Positions 13,377 through 26,154 of a DNA stretch of 64,000 nucleotides are shown piece by piece. Source of the DNA: Octopus vulgaris (taxonomy: Eukaryota); the NCBI GenBank assembly GCA_951406725.2, contig OX597822.1, positions 14,260,001 through 14,324,000 of the forward strand, in the 5' to 3' direction. The notes beneath the pieces are model-generated. The model made no database searches. It saw only the letters and a program-made list of their open reading frames with translations, and was not told the origin of the DNA. The position numbers and the translations under genes were made by a program. The number at the start of each line of letters is the position of its first letter. The stretch's first letter is position 1.

Positions 13377-13531
13377 TGTAGACCTAGATGTACTAAGCTT
13401 TAATAAAAGGCGAGAGGAATATAGTTGCAACTGTTCGAACGGATCATAAGTTTCTAGCATCAGGCCAGACCTAGGGCTAAATAAAAACAACACCAACAAC
13501 AACGACGACAACGATAACAACAGCAACAAAC
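13377..13531 (+). repeat. ~155-bp copy of 19646-19800
   Basis: About 5 substitutions between copies by eye. Confidence 0.9.
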
Positions 13532-13534
13532 TCA

Positions 13535-13657
13535 GTCATGGTCCTTGATATGGTAGCTCCCGACAAACCAAATAGTTCGGCTTTTCTGGTGACAGTTGCT
13601 TCTGCCGTTCGAGCTCCAACAATTTGCCCTGTTTTCGAATTCAGTGAGGTCACAGAT
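13535..13657 (-). mobile_element. Tc1-like transposase N-terminal fragment
   Basis: Minus strand reads DLTEF then, after a frameshift, GQIVGARTAEATVTRKAELFGLSGATISRTM, typical of a Tc1 N-terminal HTH. Confidence 0.6.
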
Positions 13658-13841
13658 CTTAACTTAATTTATAATATGATCTGGAAAAAGATCGAAATAA
13701 TAATTAAATTAGATAAATAAAACCATCTACAATACAAAAAAATAAACACTCCGCGAAATTTGGATGAATATTCGTAATATAATGGCTCATTGAAATATTG
13801 GAGTTAAATTTCTGTTGTTTTAATTATTTTGGCCAACCCCT

Positions 13842-13881
<40 letters not shown>

Positions 13882-14337
13882 ACTTGAGCACACGCGCGCT
13901 CGCGTGCCTGTGTACGAATACATAAATGCACGCACAACCGTATATAATGTAAATCTCGCTATGGGTTTCCGATATTCTGTGTGTGTGTGTTGGGGGTGGG
14001 TCGATGGCTGTATGTGTGTGTGCGTGCATGTTTGTGTGTGTATGTGTGTTTTTTATTCGCGTTTTATGAGGGTCTTTTTTCTTCTCTAGCCTCGTCTCCT
14101 TGCAATAAGTCTGCCGAAAGATTATATATAAAACTGCAGTAATGAAAAATCACGTACACACACGCACACACACACACACACACACACATACACAGACACA
14201 TACACGCACTCATACACATACGGACCAGAAACACAGAGAGACACACACCATAACACAAACGCGAGCACACACAGCACACACAGGTATACACGCTCGGCGA
14301 CAAACACAATTCCCCCTAGCACGCGTGCACATGCACG

Positions 14338-14394
<57 letters not shown>

Positions 14395-15214
14395 ACACAC
14401 ACGCACACACACATTCACTTCACACACACGCTTAAGCACACGCCATTGCTAAGGTGTGAAAGAAGGGGGTGGTAGCGGTGAATTTAAAAGCAAATTTAAG
14501 CAAATAGGGTGGAGGAGGAGTAAGAGGAAGAGGAGAGAGAGGTGGTTAGGGAATTATGCTACTCTGTATGTGTGTGTGTATGTGTGTGTATGTGTGTGTA
14601 TGTGTGTGTATGTGTGTGTGTGTATGGGTGTGAGTGTGTGACTATAGCCAAAAGGAATCAGTAATCAACAGTTAATATGAGAAATTTAAAGGAATAAAAC
14701 ACAGACGCACACACACACACGTACACACACACACACACGCACTCATACACACACACACGTACACACACACACACACACGCACTCATACACACATGTACAT
14801 ATATATAAATACAGAGGCGTATGCATGTGTTTGTGTGTGTGTGTGTGAGAGCGCGTGCATGTGTGTATATGTGTGTGTGTGTTTATATGGCGTCGCATTG
14901 ACAGACGTGTTTGTGTGTCAGGTAGCAAACCTTTTATTTGTTCAACCATTGGACTATGGCCTTGCTGGAGCAACCTGCTGTTTTAATCGAAGAAATCGGT
15001 CCCGGTACTTACTTTTTAAAGTCTGATAATTTTTCCATCGATCTATTTCAACGAACGGCTGAATTACTCGAGCGAAAACAAACCAACATCAGTTGTCAAC
15101 CAGTGGGGGTGGGGTTGAGGGGACAAACACAAGCACAAAGTACTCACACGCAGGCTTCCACACAGTTTCCGCCTACCAATTTCACTCACAAGTCATTGAT
15201 GGATCGGGAACTAT

Positions 15215-15633
15215 ACTCTTTTACTCTTTACTCTTTTACTTGTTTCAGTCATTTGACTGCGGCCATGCTGGAGCACCGCCTTTAGTCGAGCAAATCAATC
15301 CCAGGACATATTCTTTGTAAGCCTAGTACTTATTCTATCGGTCTCTTTTGCCGAACCGCTAAGTTGAGGGGACGTAAACACACCAACATCGGTTTTCAAG
15401 CGATGTTGGCGGTGAGGGATACACAGACACACAGACATACACACACGCACACACATATACATATATACGACGGACTTCTTACAGTTTCCGTCTACCAAAA
15501 TCCACTCACAAGGCTTTGGTCTGCCCGAGGCTATAGTAGAAGACACTTGTCCAAGGTGCCACGCTGTGGGACTGAACCTGGAGCCATGTGGTTCGTAAGC
15601 AAGCTACTTACCACACAGGCACTCCTACGTCTA
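15215..15633 (-). mobile_element. SINE family A, full length (further degenerate copies at ~14940-15200 and ~16035-16445)
   Basis: Reverse complement of the family A sequence, including the (GAGTAAAA)n tail. Confidence 0.9.
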
Positions 15634-16252
15634 TAGTTGAAGTTTCTTATCCAAGGTATTGCACAGTGAGACCGAACCTAAAACCACGAGGTTGCTAAGC
15701 GGGTTTCTGAACCCCAGACCAAAGTGTTTGCGTAAGACTGGTAGTTTTCGATGCATGCAAATATCTCAGAGCAGTGGATTGGCAAATCTGTGAGAGGGTC
15801 AGTCAAGATGCACAAAATGCACTTTAGTGCACATACTGATACGTTCTGGTGGACATAATGCACATTTTGCCCAGGATGCTCTTTGGTGCATATAATTCAT
15901 ACGATGCTCTCTGAGGCCCTTAATACAGATGAGAACAGATGATAAAAATAGATAATTCCTTTACCAAACTGTCAGCCTCGCTACGTTCCACAAACCAACA
16001 CAATATCATGAGCTGTGATACCAAATATCTTTCACTTTTTTCAGTCATTAACTGCGGCCATACTGGAGCACTGCCTCGAAGAATTTCAGTCGAACAAATC
16101 GACTCAGTACTTATGTTCATTTAATTTTTTTTTAAAGTTTGGTACTTATGCTATCTTTCTCTCTTGTGCCGAACCGTTAAGTTACAGAGACGGAAATGCA
16201 CCAACACCGGTTGGTAAGCACTGGTGGTGGAGGAAGAAACACAGACACAAGG

Positions 16253-16294
<42 letters not shown>

Positions 16295-17024
16295 CTTTCT
16301 AGTTTCCGTGTACCAAGTCCACTCACAAGGCTCTGGCCAGCCCGAGGTTGCAGAAGAAGACTCTCACCCAAGGTGCCACGCTGTGGGACTGAACCTGGAA
16401 CGATGTGGTTGGGAAGCCAACTCCCTACCACACAGCCACCCCTGCATCTGGTTTGGATTCGCAACTTTCCCAGAAGAGAACTTTACATTCTGAATTCAAA
16501 GCCTATTAAAGTCATCATTCTTCTAGGGTCATCGATAAAACAGAGTACCGCTCAAGTACTGTGGTTCAATGGTACCGACTAGCTACCTCCCACCCCGAAA
16601 TATCTGGCCTTGTGGCAAACGATTATTTTTAAGAACACTGGATAAAAGAGACGACGGTTGAATTAAAATGGTTTTACGGTATTTATGAATATCTATATTA
16701 CTTTTTGAGTTCAAACTCCGCCGAGGTCAATCCATCCCACACAAATACTTGGGTGTGTAGAGAAGGTGAGTGTGGGAAGGGAAGGAGGCTAATGGGTAAA
16801 TTGGTTAGTGCGCTTGACAGAATGCCCTTGTAATGTTTAGTCAAAACCTCTGAGCTCTGAGTTCGAATCCCATCAGATCAACTTTATTTTTCATCTCTTT
16901 GTACAAGTGCAACACCGGCAGGGATGATTCCTCTGCTGCTGTCAGCTGCCAAACCGTTAAGTTACGGTGACGTAGACACAACACCAGTTGTTAAGTGGTG
17001 GTGGGAAAACAAAGGCAGACACAA

Positions 17025-17092
<68 letters not shown>

Positions 17093-17276
17093 CAGAGGGA
17101 GACGAGTTCCGTTAGGTTTAAATAGTTAAAATAGACAGTAAGTTAAAATGACGCTCTTGTGATTCCATCAAGAGCGGAGGGCTGAAGACAAATCTAAGTA
17201 CACACACATGCCCACGTATGGATGTGTATGCATGTATATATATACATATGTGTGTGTGTGTGATGATCACATATAC

Positions 17277-17390
17277 GTCGAGTTAGTCTCTTGCTACTCT
17301 GAGTTTCGCCTGTCGGTGCATAGGTTTATCGGGTGTATCGTAAATGTTCACCGACAAAGGAGGGTCAGAATAGCAAGGAACTGATTTGAC
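17277..17390. other. Long imperfect hairpin (41-bp ungapped stem)
   Basis: 17278-17318 pairs with 17349-17389: 35 of 41 positions pair, including G-U. Confidence 0.75.
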
Positions 17391-17477
17391 CAAAGCATCA
17401 ATATTAATTTCTTTACCGGAATCGAATGCTCTTTCTTCTGATAGTCATCGCTAAGCACGTTGCATATGTTTATATAT

Positions 17478-17891
17478 ATTTCTTTATTGCCCACAGAGGG
17501 CTAAACATAGAGGGGACAAACAAGGACAGACAATGGGATTAAGTCGATTGCATCAACCCCAGTGTGTAACTGGTACTTATTTAATCGACCCCGAAAGGAT
17601 GAAAGGCAATGTCGACCTCAGCGGAATTTGAACTCAGAACGTAGCGGCAGACTAAATACCTATTTCTTTACTACCCACAAGGGGCTAAACACAGAGAGGA
17701 CAAACAAGGACAGATAAACAGATTAAGTCGATTATATCGACCCCAGTGCGTAACTGGTACTTAATTTATCGACCCCGAAAGGATGAAAGGCAAAGTCGAA
17801 TCGGCGGAAATTGAACTCAGAACGTAACGGCAGACGAAATACAGCTACGCATTTCGCCCGGCGTGCTATCGATTCTGCCAGCTCGCCGCCT
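17478..17891 (-). mobile_element. Two joined SINE family B units, both with Tx1-type tails
   Basis: Full unit 17891-17661 is followed by a headless unit 17660-17478 that starts at GGTATTTAGTCTG. Confidence 0.88.
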
Positions 17892-18177
17892 GTATATATG
17901 TATATATGTATATATGCATGTAAGTATGTATGTATGTGTGTAAACACACGTACGTAGGCGCACACACACACATATGAAGGAGGCTGAATAAAAAAAGCTA
18001 AAGCGCTGGGCATTGTGCCTCGCGCGTTGTGTCATGCGGTATTTGCTCAGCCATTTAGCCTTTTATATAATGAGTTCAAATCCTGCCGAGGTTGTTGAAA
18101 TAAAGTAGCACTCAACATGCAGACCATTTAAACAACAGTTCACTCGTAGCAAATTATATCAAACTCTGTTTTATTAT

Positions 18178-18213
<36 letters not shown>

Positions 18214-18214
<1 letters not shown>

Positions 18215-18568
18215 GGCGGCGAGCTGGCAGAAACGTTAGCACGCCGGGCGAAATGCGTAACCGTATTTCGTCTGCCGTTACGTTCTTAGTTCAAATTCCG
18301 CCGATGTCAACTTTGCCTTTCATCCTTTCGAGGTCGATAAATTAAGTACCAGTTACGCACTTAATCCGTTTGTCTGTCATTTTTTTGTCCCCTCTGTGTT
18401 TTGCCCCTTGTGGGTAGTAAAGAAATAGGTATTTCGTCTGACATTACGTTCTGAGTTCAAATTCCGCCGAGGTTTTTTTTTTTTGTCAATAAGTACCAGT
18501 TGAATACGGGGGTCGATATAATCGACTCATCCCCTGCCCCCCAAATTGCTGCCTTTCTGGCAAAATTT
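18214..18568 (+). mobile_element. SINE family B with Tx1-type tail joined to a headless family B unit with the alternative tail
   Basis: Unit 18214-18427, junction GAAATA|GGTATTTCGTCTG, then remainder 18428-18568. Confidence 0.88.
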
Positions 18569-18868
18569 AAAACCAAAATTATATTTTGTGTGTGTGTGTG
18601 TATATATATATGTATATGTGTGTGTGTGTGTGTGCGTATATGTTTATGTGTGTGTATATATATATATGTATATGCACACACACAAACACACACACCAAAT
18701 TACGGGGCTTAAAAAACCGCCAACAACTGATGAAGGGTCGTTCTTTATGTTGCTTGTTTTGTTTTCCATTTGTGTCTTTCGTTGTTCAAAGGAATAGTTC
18801 CTGTTCCATGTACTCGTGTTTCGTATTTGTTTTGTTGTACACCTTTCGTGACGTCCTGTGTCCACATA

Positions 18869-18932
<64 letters not shown>

Positions 18933-19002
18933 GATGTAAGTATGTACATATACGTATGTATGTATGCACATATATATATATATTATTTATATTATATTAT
19001 AA

Positions 19003-19037
<35 letters not shown>

Positions 19038-19456
19038 TTATATAGAGTCTAGGGGCTGAGAGTAAAATATCGAAGTATTTTAGTGACAGACAAACAAACA
19101 GGTAGACAGATATGGAGCGTGCGAGGTAGAGGGATGTGGGTGGAGAGGGCTGGAGAATAGACTGGCGTGAGGCACGCAGGTAGGTCGACTGACAGGTAGA
19201 AGGAGTACAGGTAGGCAGCTTCGTAAGTTGTAGTAATAACAGTAGTAATAGTGGTGGTGGTTGTGGTGGTGGTAGTAGTAGCCTTGTAGAGTGTTGACAC
19301 CACCACCACCACCGCCGCCGCCACCACCACCACCACCACCACCACCATACCACCACCACCACCACCACCACCACCATTATCGTAGCCCCACGGCAGGTAA
19401 AATGACAAGCAACAGGAGAGAAGCGTGCCAGACCCGGCGACCAGCCAGACAATGGA

Positions 19457-19493
19457 CCAATCAAACTCAGAGCCAGTCTGTAGATCAACCAAT
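19457..19493 (+). promoter_or_regulatory. Tandem CCAAT boxes 32 bp apart, upstream of the bHLH gene
   Basis: GACCAATCA and AACCAATCA in unique, relatively GC-rich sequence ~1.35 kb upstream of the ATG. Confidence 0.4.
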
Positions 19494-20451
19494 CAGAAAA
19501 CGAACCACGAAACCACCGGCAACAATTACGATGACACCACGAATGTCTCAAGGAGTCTCTCAATCTGCTAGAAATAGCAGCGAACGGTTTTTTTATTTTA
19601 AGTCAATCCTTATTTCAAAAGAAGTACGGACATATTGGAAAATGTTGTAGACTTAGATGTACTAAGCTTTAATAAAAGGCGAGAGGAATATAGTTGCTAC
19701 TGTGCGAACGGATCATAAGTTTCTAGCATCAGGCCAGACCTAGGGCTAAATAAAAACAACACCAACAACAACGACGACAACGATAACAACAACAATAAAC
19801 ATTACTGTAGCTGCAAGTGCGTCACGAAAGGCTCCCGAACCCTCCTACGAAGTAAATAACACCTATACTACCACCTCCACCCCCACCACCTCATTACCTC
19901 CACCGCCATGGCCGTCGTCGTTGCTATCGCAATCACCCTAACTACCTCAACTACAACCTTACACCCTCGTCTCAATCTCCCCCCCCCACCCACGAGTCAC
20001 TTTTTGAAACTTCGGCGCTATGCCATACCGCCGGTCCGGCACGCCCCATTCTCGCCCCTCCGCTACCATCACTACCATAACCATTTGAGGCACACTTCAA
20101 GCTAAATGTAAGCCCACCCTGTTATCCTTTCTTCTTCACCACCACCACCACCACCACCATCAAAGCTTCTCAAGCAAAACACACACACACACACTTTGAA
20201 AAATACTACCGTAAAATTTCACCTCATACTTCTACTCCTCCCCTTCCTCACCCCAACATTCACACCGCCGCCGCTGCTACCACAAACATCACAACTATTA
20301 CAACTGCAACCACCACAATTAGGATACCTGTAGACACTCACCTTCTTTTTCATCACCCCCACTTCTCCTCTATCGCCACCCGTCTCATCTACCTCCTGCC
20401 CCTTCCTCCTCCTCCTCCTCCATCTACTTCACCGTCACCTTTCACTGTTCA

Positions 20452-20458
20452 TATAAAA
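20452..20458 (+). promoter_or_regulatory. Candidate TATA box (TATAAAA)
   Basis: Lies in a C-rich context ~390 bp upstream of the ATG. Motif match only. Confidence 0.25.
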
Positions 20459-20839
20459 TACAACCTTCACCACCAACCCATCACCTCCACCACAACAACA
20501 ATAAATACCACCACCTCTACTACTACTACTACTACTATTATTATTTAACATACTACTGCTGCTGCTGCTGCTGCTGCAAGAACCAACAAATATTCAACAA
20601 ATATCATTAATACCACCCCTACTACCATCACCACCACTACTACTAATACCACCACCACCACCACCACCACCACCACCACCACCACTACTACTACTACTAC
20701 ATATAAGCCTTCTCTCACCGCCACTCGCAACACACCTACACACACACACACACCGATAAACATCGACACACGCAAGCTCGTACAGAACCCAAACTTAAGA
20801 GAGAAGCGATCGTTTGCAAACCAAGGGTCTGTATGGTTC

Positions 20840-22288
20840 ATGCAGGCTTTGGCAATGGAAGTACATACGTCGGAGGCCGCACGGAGCTATTTCGAACCAC
20901 ACCATGATTTAACTCCTTCACTGGCGCTTGTGTCTGCATGTCAGCCTTACGGGACTGTCGTATCGGAAGCTTATAGTGACGTGTACAACTGCTTGAATTT
21001 CGCCCCAACGGCTAACGTCAACGTCGTCGGCGTAAACAGCGAAGATGGTGGCAACGTGTTGTCAGCCAGCAGCGACCAGGAGAGGGCAAACGCGCTGTCT
21101 TCGGCGTCGTCGACGTCGGTAACTTCGGCGGCGTTATCGTCATCGACGCCATCATTGTTAACGTCCACCTCAACGTCGCTGTCATCGTTGGCCTTACCCA
21201 CATCGCAGCGTTCCGAGGTTCTGGCCAGCGTGGTCGTCAACCCCAATGAGGAATTAAGTTCGATTGTCCAACAACAGGATTACCGTTTAGCGATTTTGGG
21301 AGCACCGACAACGAAGTCTTCTTCTATAAACGTCAACTGCGGGAGTTTAACATCACAGATGGCGCAAACAGCAACGAACTATTCACAAAGGTCCAGTCCA
21401 GTTGTGTTAGTAAACGCGGACAATTCGAGTTGGCAGAGCCAGATTTTAAACCCGGGAATTAGCAACGCCAATCTCATCCACAACCAAAACAACAACATCA
21501 TAAACGCCTCTAATATCATCGACATGAACAGGACAATTACAGCCGTGTCTGGCTATCCCCAGCATCACCAACACCACCTCAGAAGTAATAATAGCAATAA
21601 TAATAATAACAATAATAATAATAGTAACCACAACAATCACAACAACAACAACAACAAAAGCAGCAATAACCGCCACCATCAACCACATCACAATTACCAT
21701 CATGATGGGGGCCGATCGCTAAATACGGCAGAACATTGCAATAGTAATAATCTTAATAGTAATAATAATAATAATAGTCATAATAGTAATCACAATTATA
21801 GTCATCACAATAATAGCCATCATCATAGCCATCATCACAAACCAAAGCGAAGACGGGTACAAACTCAAGCGCAACGCAAGGCGGCCAATGTAAGGGAACG
21901 GCGTAGAATGTTCCATCTGAACGAAGCATTTGACGAGCTGCGGAAACGTCTGCCGGCGTTCAATTACGAGAAGCGACTGTCACGGATCGAAACGCTGCGG
22001 CTGGCCATGACTTATATCGGATTTATGCGAGAAATAACCAGCGGCAAAGACCCGTGCAGCGTCGAGCTGCAGAAGCACAGAAACCTCACCATTTTATCGT
22101 CGTCGACGTCGTCGTCGCCGACGTCGGCGCGATGTGATATGGATGACGACGAAGACGACGACGACGAAGATGAAGATGACGATAACGACGAAGTGGACGA
22201 CGTTGACGATGGTGTTGTTGTTGTTGTCGGCGGCGGCGTCGTCGGAGGGGCTGACGACGACGACGACGACGATGAGAAGATGACTTAG
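20840..22288 (+). CDS. Fer3: Fer3/FERD3L(NATO3)-like bHLH transcription factor (PTF1-related), 482 aa, apparently single exon
   Basis: b[66 protein letters not shown] carries the [14 protein letters not shown] signature of Fer3/FERD3L. CpG-rich open frame with poly-S, N/H and D tracts. Exact orthology and start codon are unverified. Confidence 0.9.
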   Translation: MQALAMEVHTSEAARSYFEPHHDLTPSLALVSACQPYGTVVSEAYSDVYNCLNFAPTANVNVVGVNSEDGGNVLSASSDQERANALSSASSTSVTSAALSSSTPSLLTSTSTSLSSLALPTSQRSEVLASVVVNPNEELSSIVQQQDYRLAILGAPTTKSSSINVNCGSLTSQMAQTATNYSQRSSPVVLVNADNSSWQSQILNPGISNANLIHNQNNNIINASNIIDMNRTITAVSGYPQHHQHHLRSNNSNNNNNNNNNSNHNNHNNNNNKSSNNRHHQPHHNYHHDGGRSLNTAEHCNSNNLNSNNNNNSHNSNHNYSHHNNSHHHSHHHKPKRRRVQTQAQRKAANVRERRRMFHLNEAFDELRKRLPAFNYEKRLSRIETLRLAMTYIGFMREITSGKDPCSVELQKHRNLTILSSSTSSSPTSARCDMDDDEDDDDEDEDDDNDEVDDVDDGVVVVVGGGVVGGADDDDDDDEKMT

Positions 22289-22394
22289 AAAGAGTCGCAA
22301 CTTTGCTTCTCATCGCTCACCTTTACCAAAACGGATCTTTCTTTTGCACCAAAACATTTACAAGGCCCCAACACAATACAATTGCCCCTTCATT

Positions 22395-22466
<72 letters not shown>

Positions 22467-23052
22467 GTTATTGATATTATTATTATTATTATTTCGTTGT
22501 TGATATATGTTTTTTCCAAATATCTTTCTGCCATTGCAACAAGATTCCCATAACGCTTCCAGTCTTCGCAGTCAAAGGCTGAGCCAGACACTGCACGTTC
22601 GCAAACCACAAAATAACATCATTCACCCCGACCCTTTACAAAAAAAAAAAAAAAATTCACGCAAAACAAAGAAAATACGAAAAACAAAAATCCGAGACAT
22701 ATTTTAAAAAAGAAATAAAAAAACAAAAAACGAACAAGCTAAGCAAAAGAAAAGAAAAAAGAAAACAAAAAAAAGCAAACAAAAATGAAAGAAAAAGTAG
22801 ACAATATGGATGAAATATGTGGATTTTACAATCAAATGGTATTGTATCCAAACTCGCAGACATACAGAATATATTATATAATATTATATACGCAATATGT
22901 CTATACATACACAATATATATATATGTGTATATATATATGTATATAAATATATATGTATATATATATGTACGTGGAGGTAAAGATTACACTATTTGTCGG
23001 TCTATATGTTTACCTACCTACCTGTCTATCTATCTGTCTCTCTATCTATCTC

Positions 23053-23111
<59 letters not shown>

Positions 23112-23112
23112 G

Positions 23113-23188
<76 letters not shown>

Positions 23189-23523
23189 ACTTTCTCGTCC
23201 AACTTTCTCACTCTTTGTATACATAAATACACAGTCACATGAGATACATACATAAATACACACAGACGCACAGGTGTTTGTAGATATTCGTGTCTGTACT
23301 TATGTATGTATGTATGTATGTATATATATATACTTGCTTTAATTCTGTGGAAAAGAAAATAGCAATGCTCAAAAATTGTTTCCTAAAACAAGTTCATACC
23401 AACAAAATATACATTCGCAAAACATTCTCCTCTATCCTTGCTATATATGAATCTATATACTTTAAGTTCCAAGCATATGTGTATATACATATACCTACAT
23501 ACATACATGTATACATACATATA

Positions 23524-23573
23524 TATGTATGTTTGTACGTTTGTATGTACGTATGTAGGTATATGTATATACC

Positions 23574-23618
<45 letters not shown>

Positions 23619-23684
23619 GTCTATATTAGCCCCTTGTGGGTAGTAAAGAAATATATGTATATATATGCATATATATGTGTAAAT

Positions 23685-23742
<58 letters not shown>

Positions 23743-23793
23743 GTATGTATACATATATAGGTATACACATATGCACATATATATACATACATG

Positions 23794-23844
<51 letters not shown>

Positions 23845-24086
23845 TACATATCTACGCACACACACACACGTACATTTATATCATATCTATATATTCATGC
23901 ATTCGTGTGGTTGTGTGCGTGTGAGAGAGAGAGAGATAGAGAAAGAAAGAGAGAGAATATATAAAGATGTATAGTCAAGTAATTGTTGACATGTTACAGA
24001 TGGACGCCATTATATAATAAAACTATATCGCATAACTGAACACTTTTGTTCGTCCAACTACCTTTTAACTATGTGTATGTATGTAT

Positions 24087-24117
<31 letters not shown>

Positions 24118-24127
24118 CATATATATG

Positions 24128-24182
<55 letters not shown>

Positions 24183-24236
24183 ATATGTATATATGTATAT
24201 ATATATATAAATATATATACATGCATTGACATATAC

Positions 24237-24296
<60 letters not shown>

Positions 24297-24453
24297 AATG
24301 AAATACAGAAGGTAGAATATACGAGAATATATTATTAATCTGTAACTCTACAGCCTATTGTTTCGTGCTACAATACCTACGTACGTACATACATACAAAC
24401 AAACATACATACATATACCTACATACGTACATACAAACGTACAAACATACATA
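23524..24453. repeat. Perfect 45-bp inverted repeat (arms 23524-23568 and 24409-24453)
   Basis: TATGTATGTTTGTACGTTTGTATGTACGTATGTAGGTATATGTAT and its exact reverse complement. Confidence 0.85.
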
Positions 24454-25229
24454 CTTGCATGCATATATTCGCATACACGCACACTTACATATTAATGTTT
24501 GTTTTTTATGTCAAATTATAAATAAAAACCAATTTGAAATGAAACGGGAGGATTACTTCATACTTCTTAGCGGAGTTCATGCTTGTTAAATCTTTGAAAA
24601 GTAAACGGTTGACAGGGATTTCGAAGTTTCGAAAGCGAAACTTCAAAATCACTATTAACCATTTCTTGTACGCATACAAATATATATATGTGTGTGTATG
24701 TGTGTGTGCGTGAGTGTGTATTGTATATACATCTGCGCGCGCGCGTGTGTGTGTGTGCGTACATATATACACATACACACACATAATATATACCATAGAT
24801 GCAACTAGTTTTTTCATGCACAAATATACACTCTCAAATACTTACACACATACACATATACACACATGCATACACATATGCATGTATGCGTGTTGGGATT
24901 TGTGCATGTATTATATATGTATTATATATGTATATACATGTATATGTATGTGCGTGTGTACACAAACACTCACATATTTACCCATATTTTATTTAAACGA
25001 TTCCACGACAATGCTGTCGAACCTTGGATGTTCTGGGATGTGTATCGAAATGCCGAGCGTAGAAGCAACAGGTTTCTGCTTCAACGTTTCTAGAGAGCAT
25101 GGCCACATTCGGACAAATTACCTTGCTCTTCAACAGTCAAAACAAAATTATGAGCACGTGATATTTGTTATGAAAATCCCGCACCTTTAAAATAGTTACC
25201 ATGAGCAAATGATGCGCGCGTGCACACAT

Positions 25230-25508
25230 ACACACACGCATATACACACACATATATAAACACACACTTTGTAATATCCAATTACATACACCAAAATCTG
25301 AACCATAAATATGCTGTGTCCCCTCACTGCCCACTCTACCGCTACTATAATGGCTTCTGTTCTTCAGAACTAACTAGCTGCATTCGTACCAGCTTCTCTC
25401 AGGCACAGCTATTCGACCGTCTTTTCTCCTCTCATTAACTTGGTCCGTGTTAATTACCGGAGCCAGTCCGCCTTCCCGAAAATAATTCTTGCTTCGGGCT
25501 TTCTGAAA
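25230..25508 (+). repeat. ~280-bp segment duplicated at ~27320-27592, containing a LINE ORF2 C-terminal relic
   Basis: The copies read LYRYYNGFCSSEL and LFYRYYDGFCSPE, resembling a Jockey/CR1-group C-terminus. The flanking CA-rich sequence is also shared. Confidence 0.75.
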
Positions 25509-25633
25509 TATTGGAAACTTCTCAGCTGTGAATGTCGATGAGAATATGAAATTGATGTCCGTTGAGTTTGTGGTGGTGCGTTCAATACACACAAGCATAC
25601 ATACATACATACATACATACATACATACATACA

Positions 25634-25667
<34 letters not shown>

Positions 25668-26111
25668 CATGCATGCATGCATACATACATACATAATACA
25701 TACATACATACATGCATGCATGCATACATACATACATACATACATACATACATACATACATGCCTGCATGCATACATACATGCATGCATACATACATACA
25801 TACATACATGCCTGCATGCATGCATACATACATAACAAACTTACATACAGGCATACAAATACATACATACTTATACACACAAATATATAGCTGGTCTACA
25901 GACGTTGATAAAACAGTATATATAACTGTATGTGATCGAATGAATGTGTGTATATATATATATATGTTCACACCTATTTGGGTGTGTTTATACACACACA
26001 CGCACATGCATATATATATATTTATTCACTCGTATATTATTGGTATAACTATCTTCATCCATCCATACGCACGTACATACATATGTCGATACATTTAGCT
26101 GGACACATACG

Positions 26112-26154
<43 letters not shown>

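Noticed and set aside
18997-19650. Poly-Pro/His and poly-Val/Trp ORFs upstream of the bHLH gene
   Set aside because: Explained by (ACC)n/(GGT)n repeats, with no domain or splice support.
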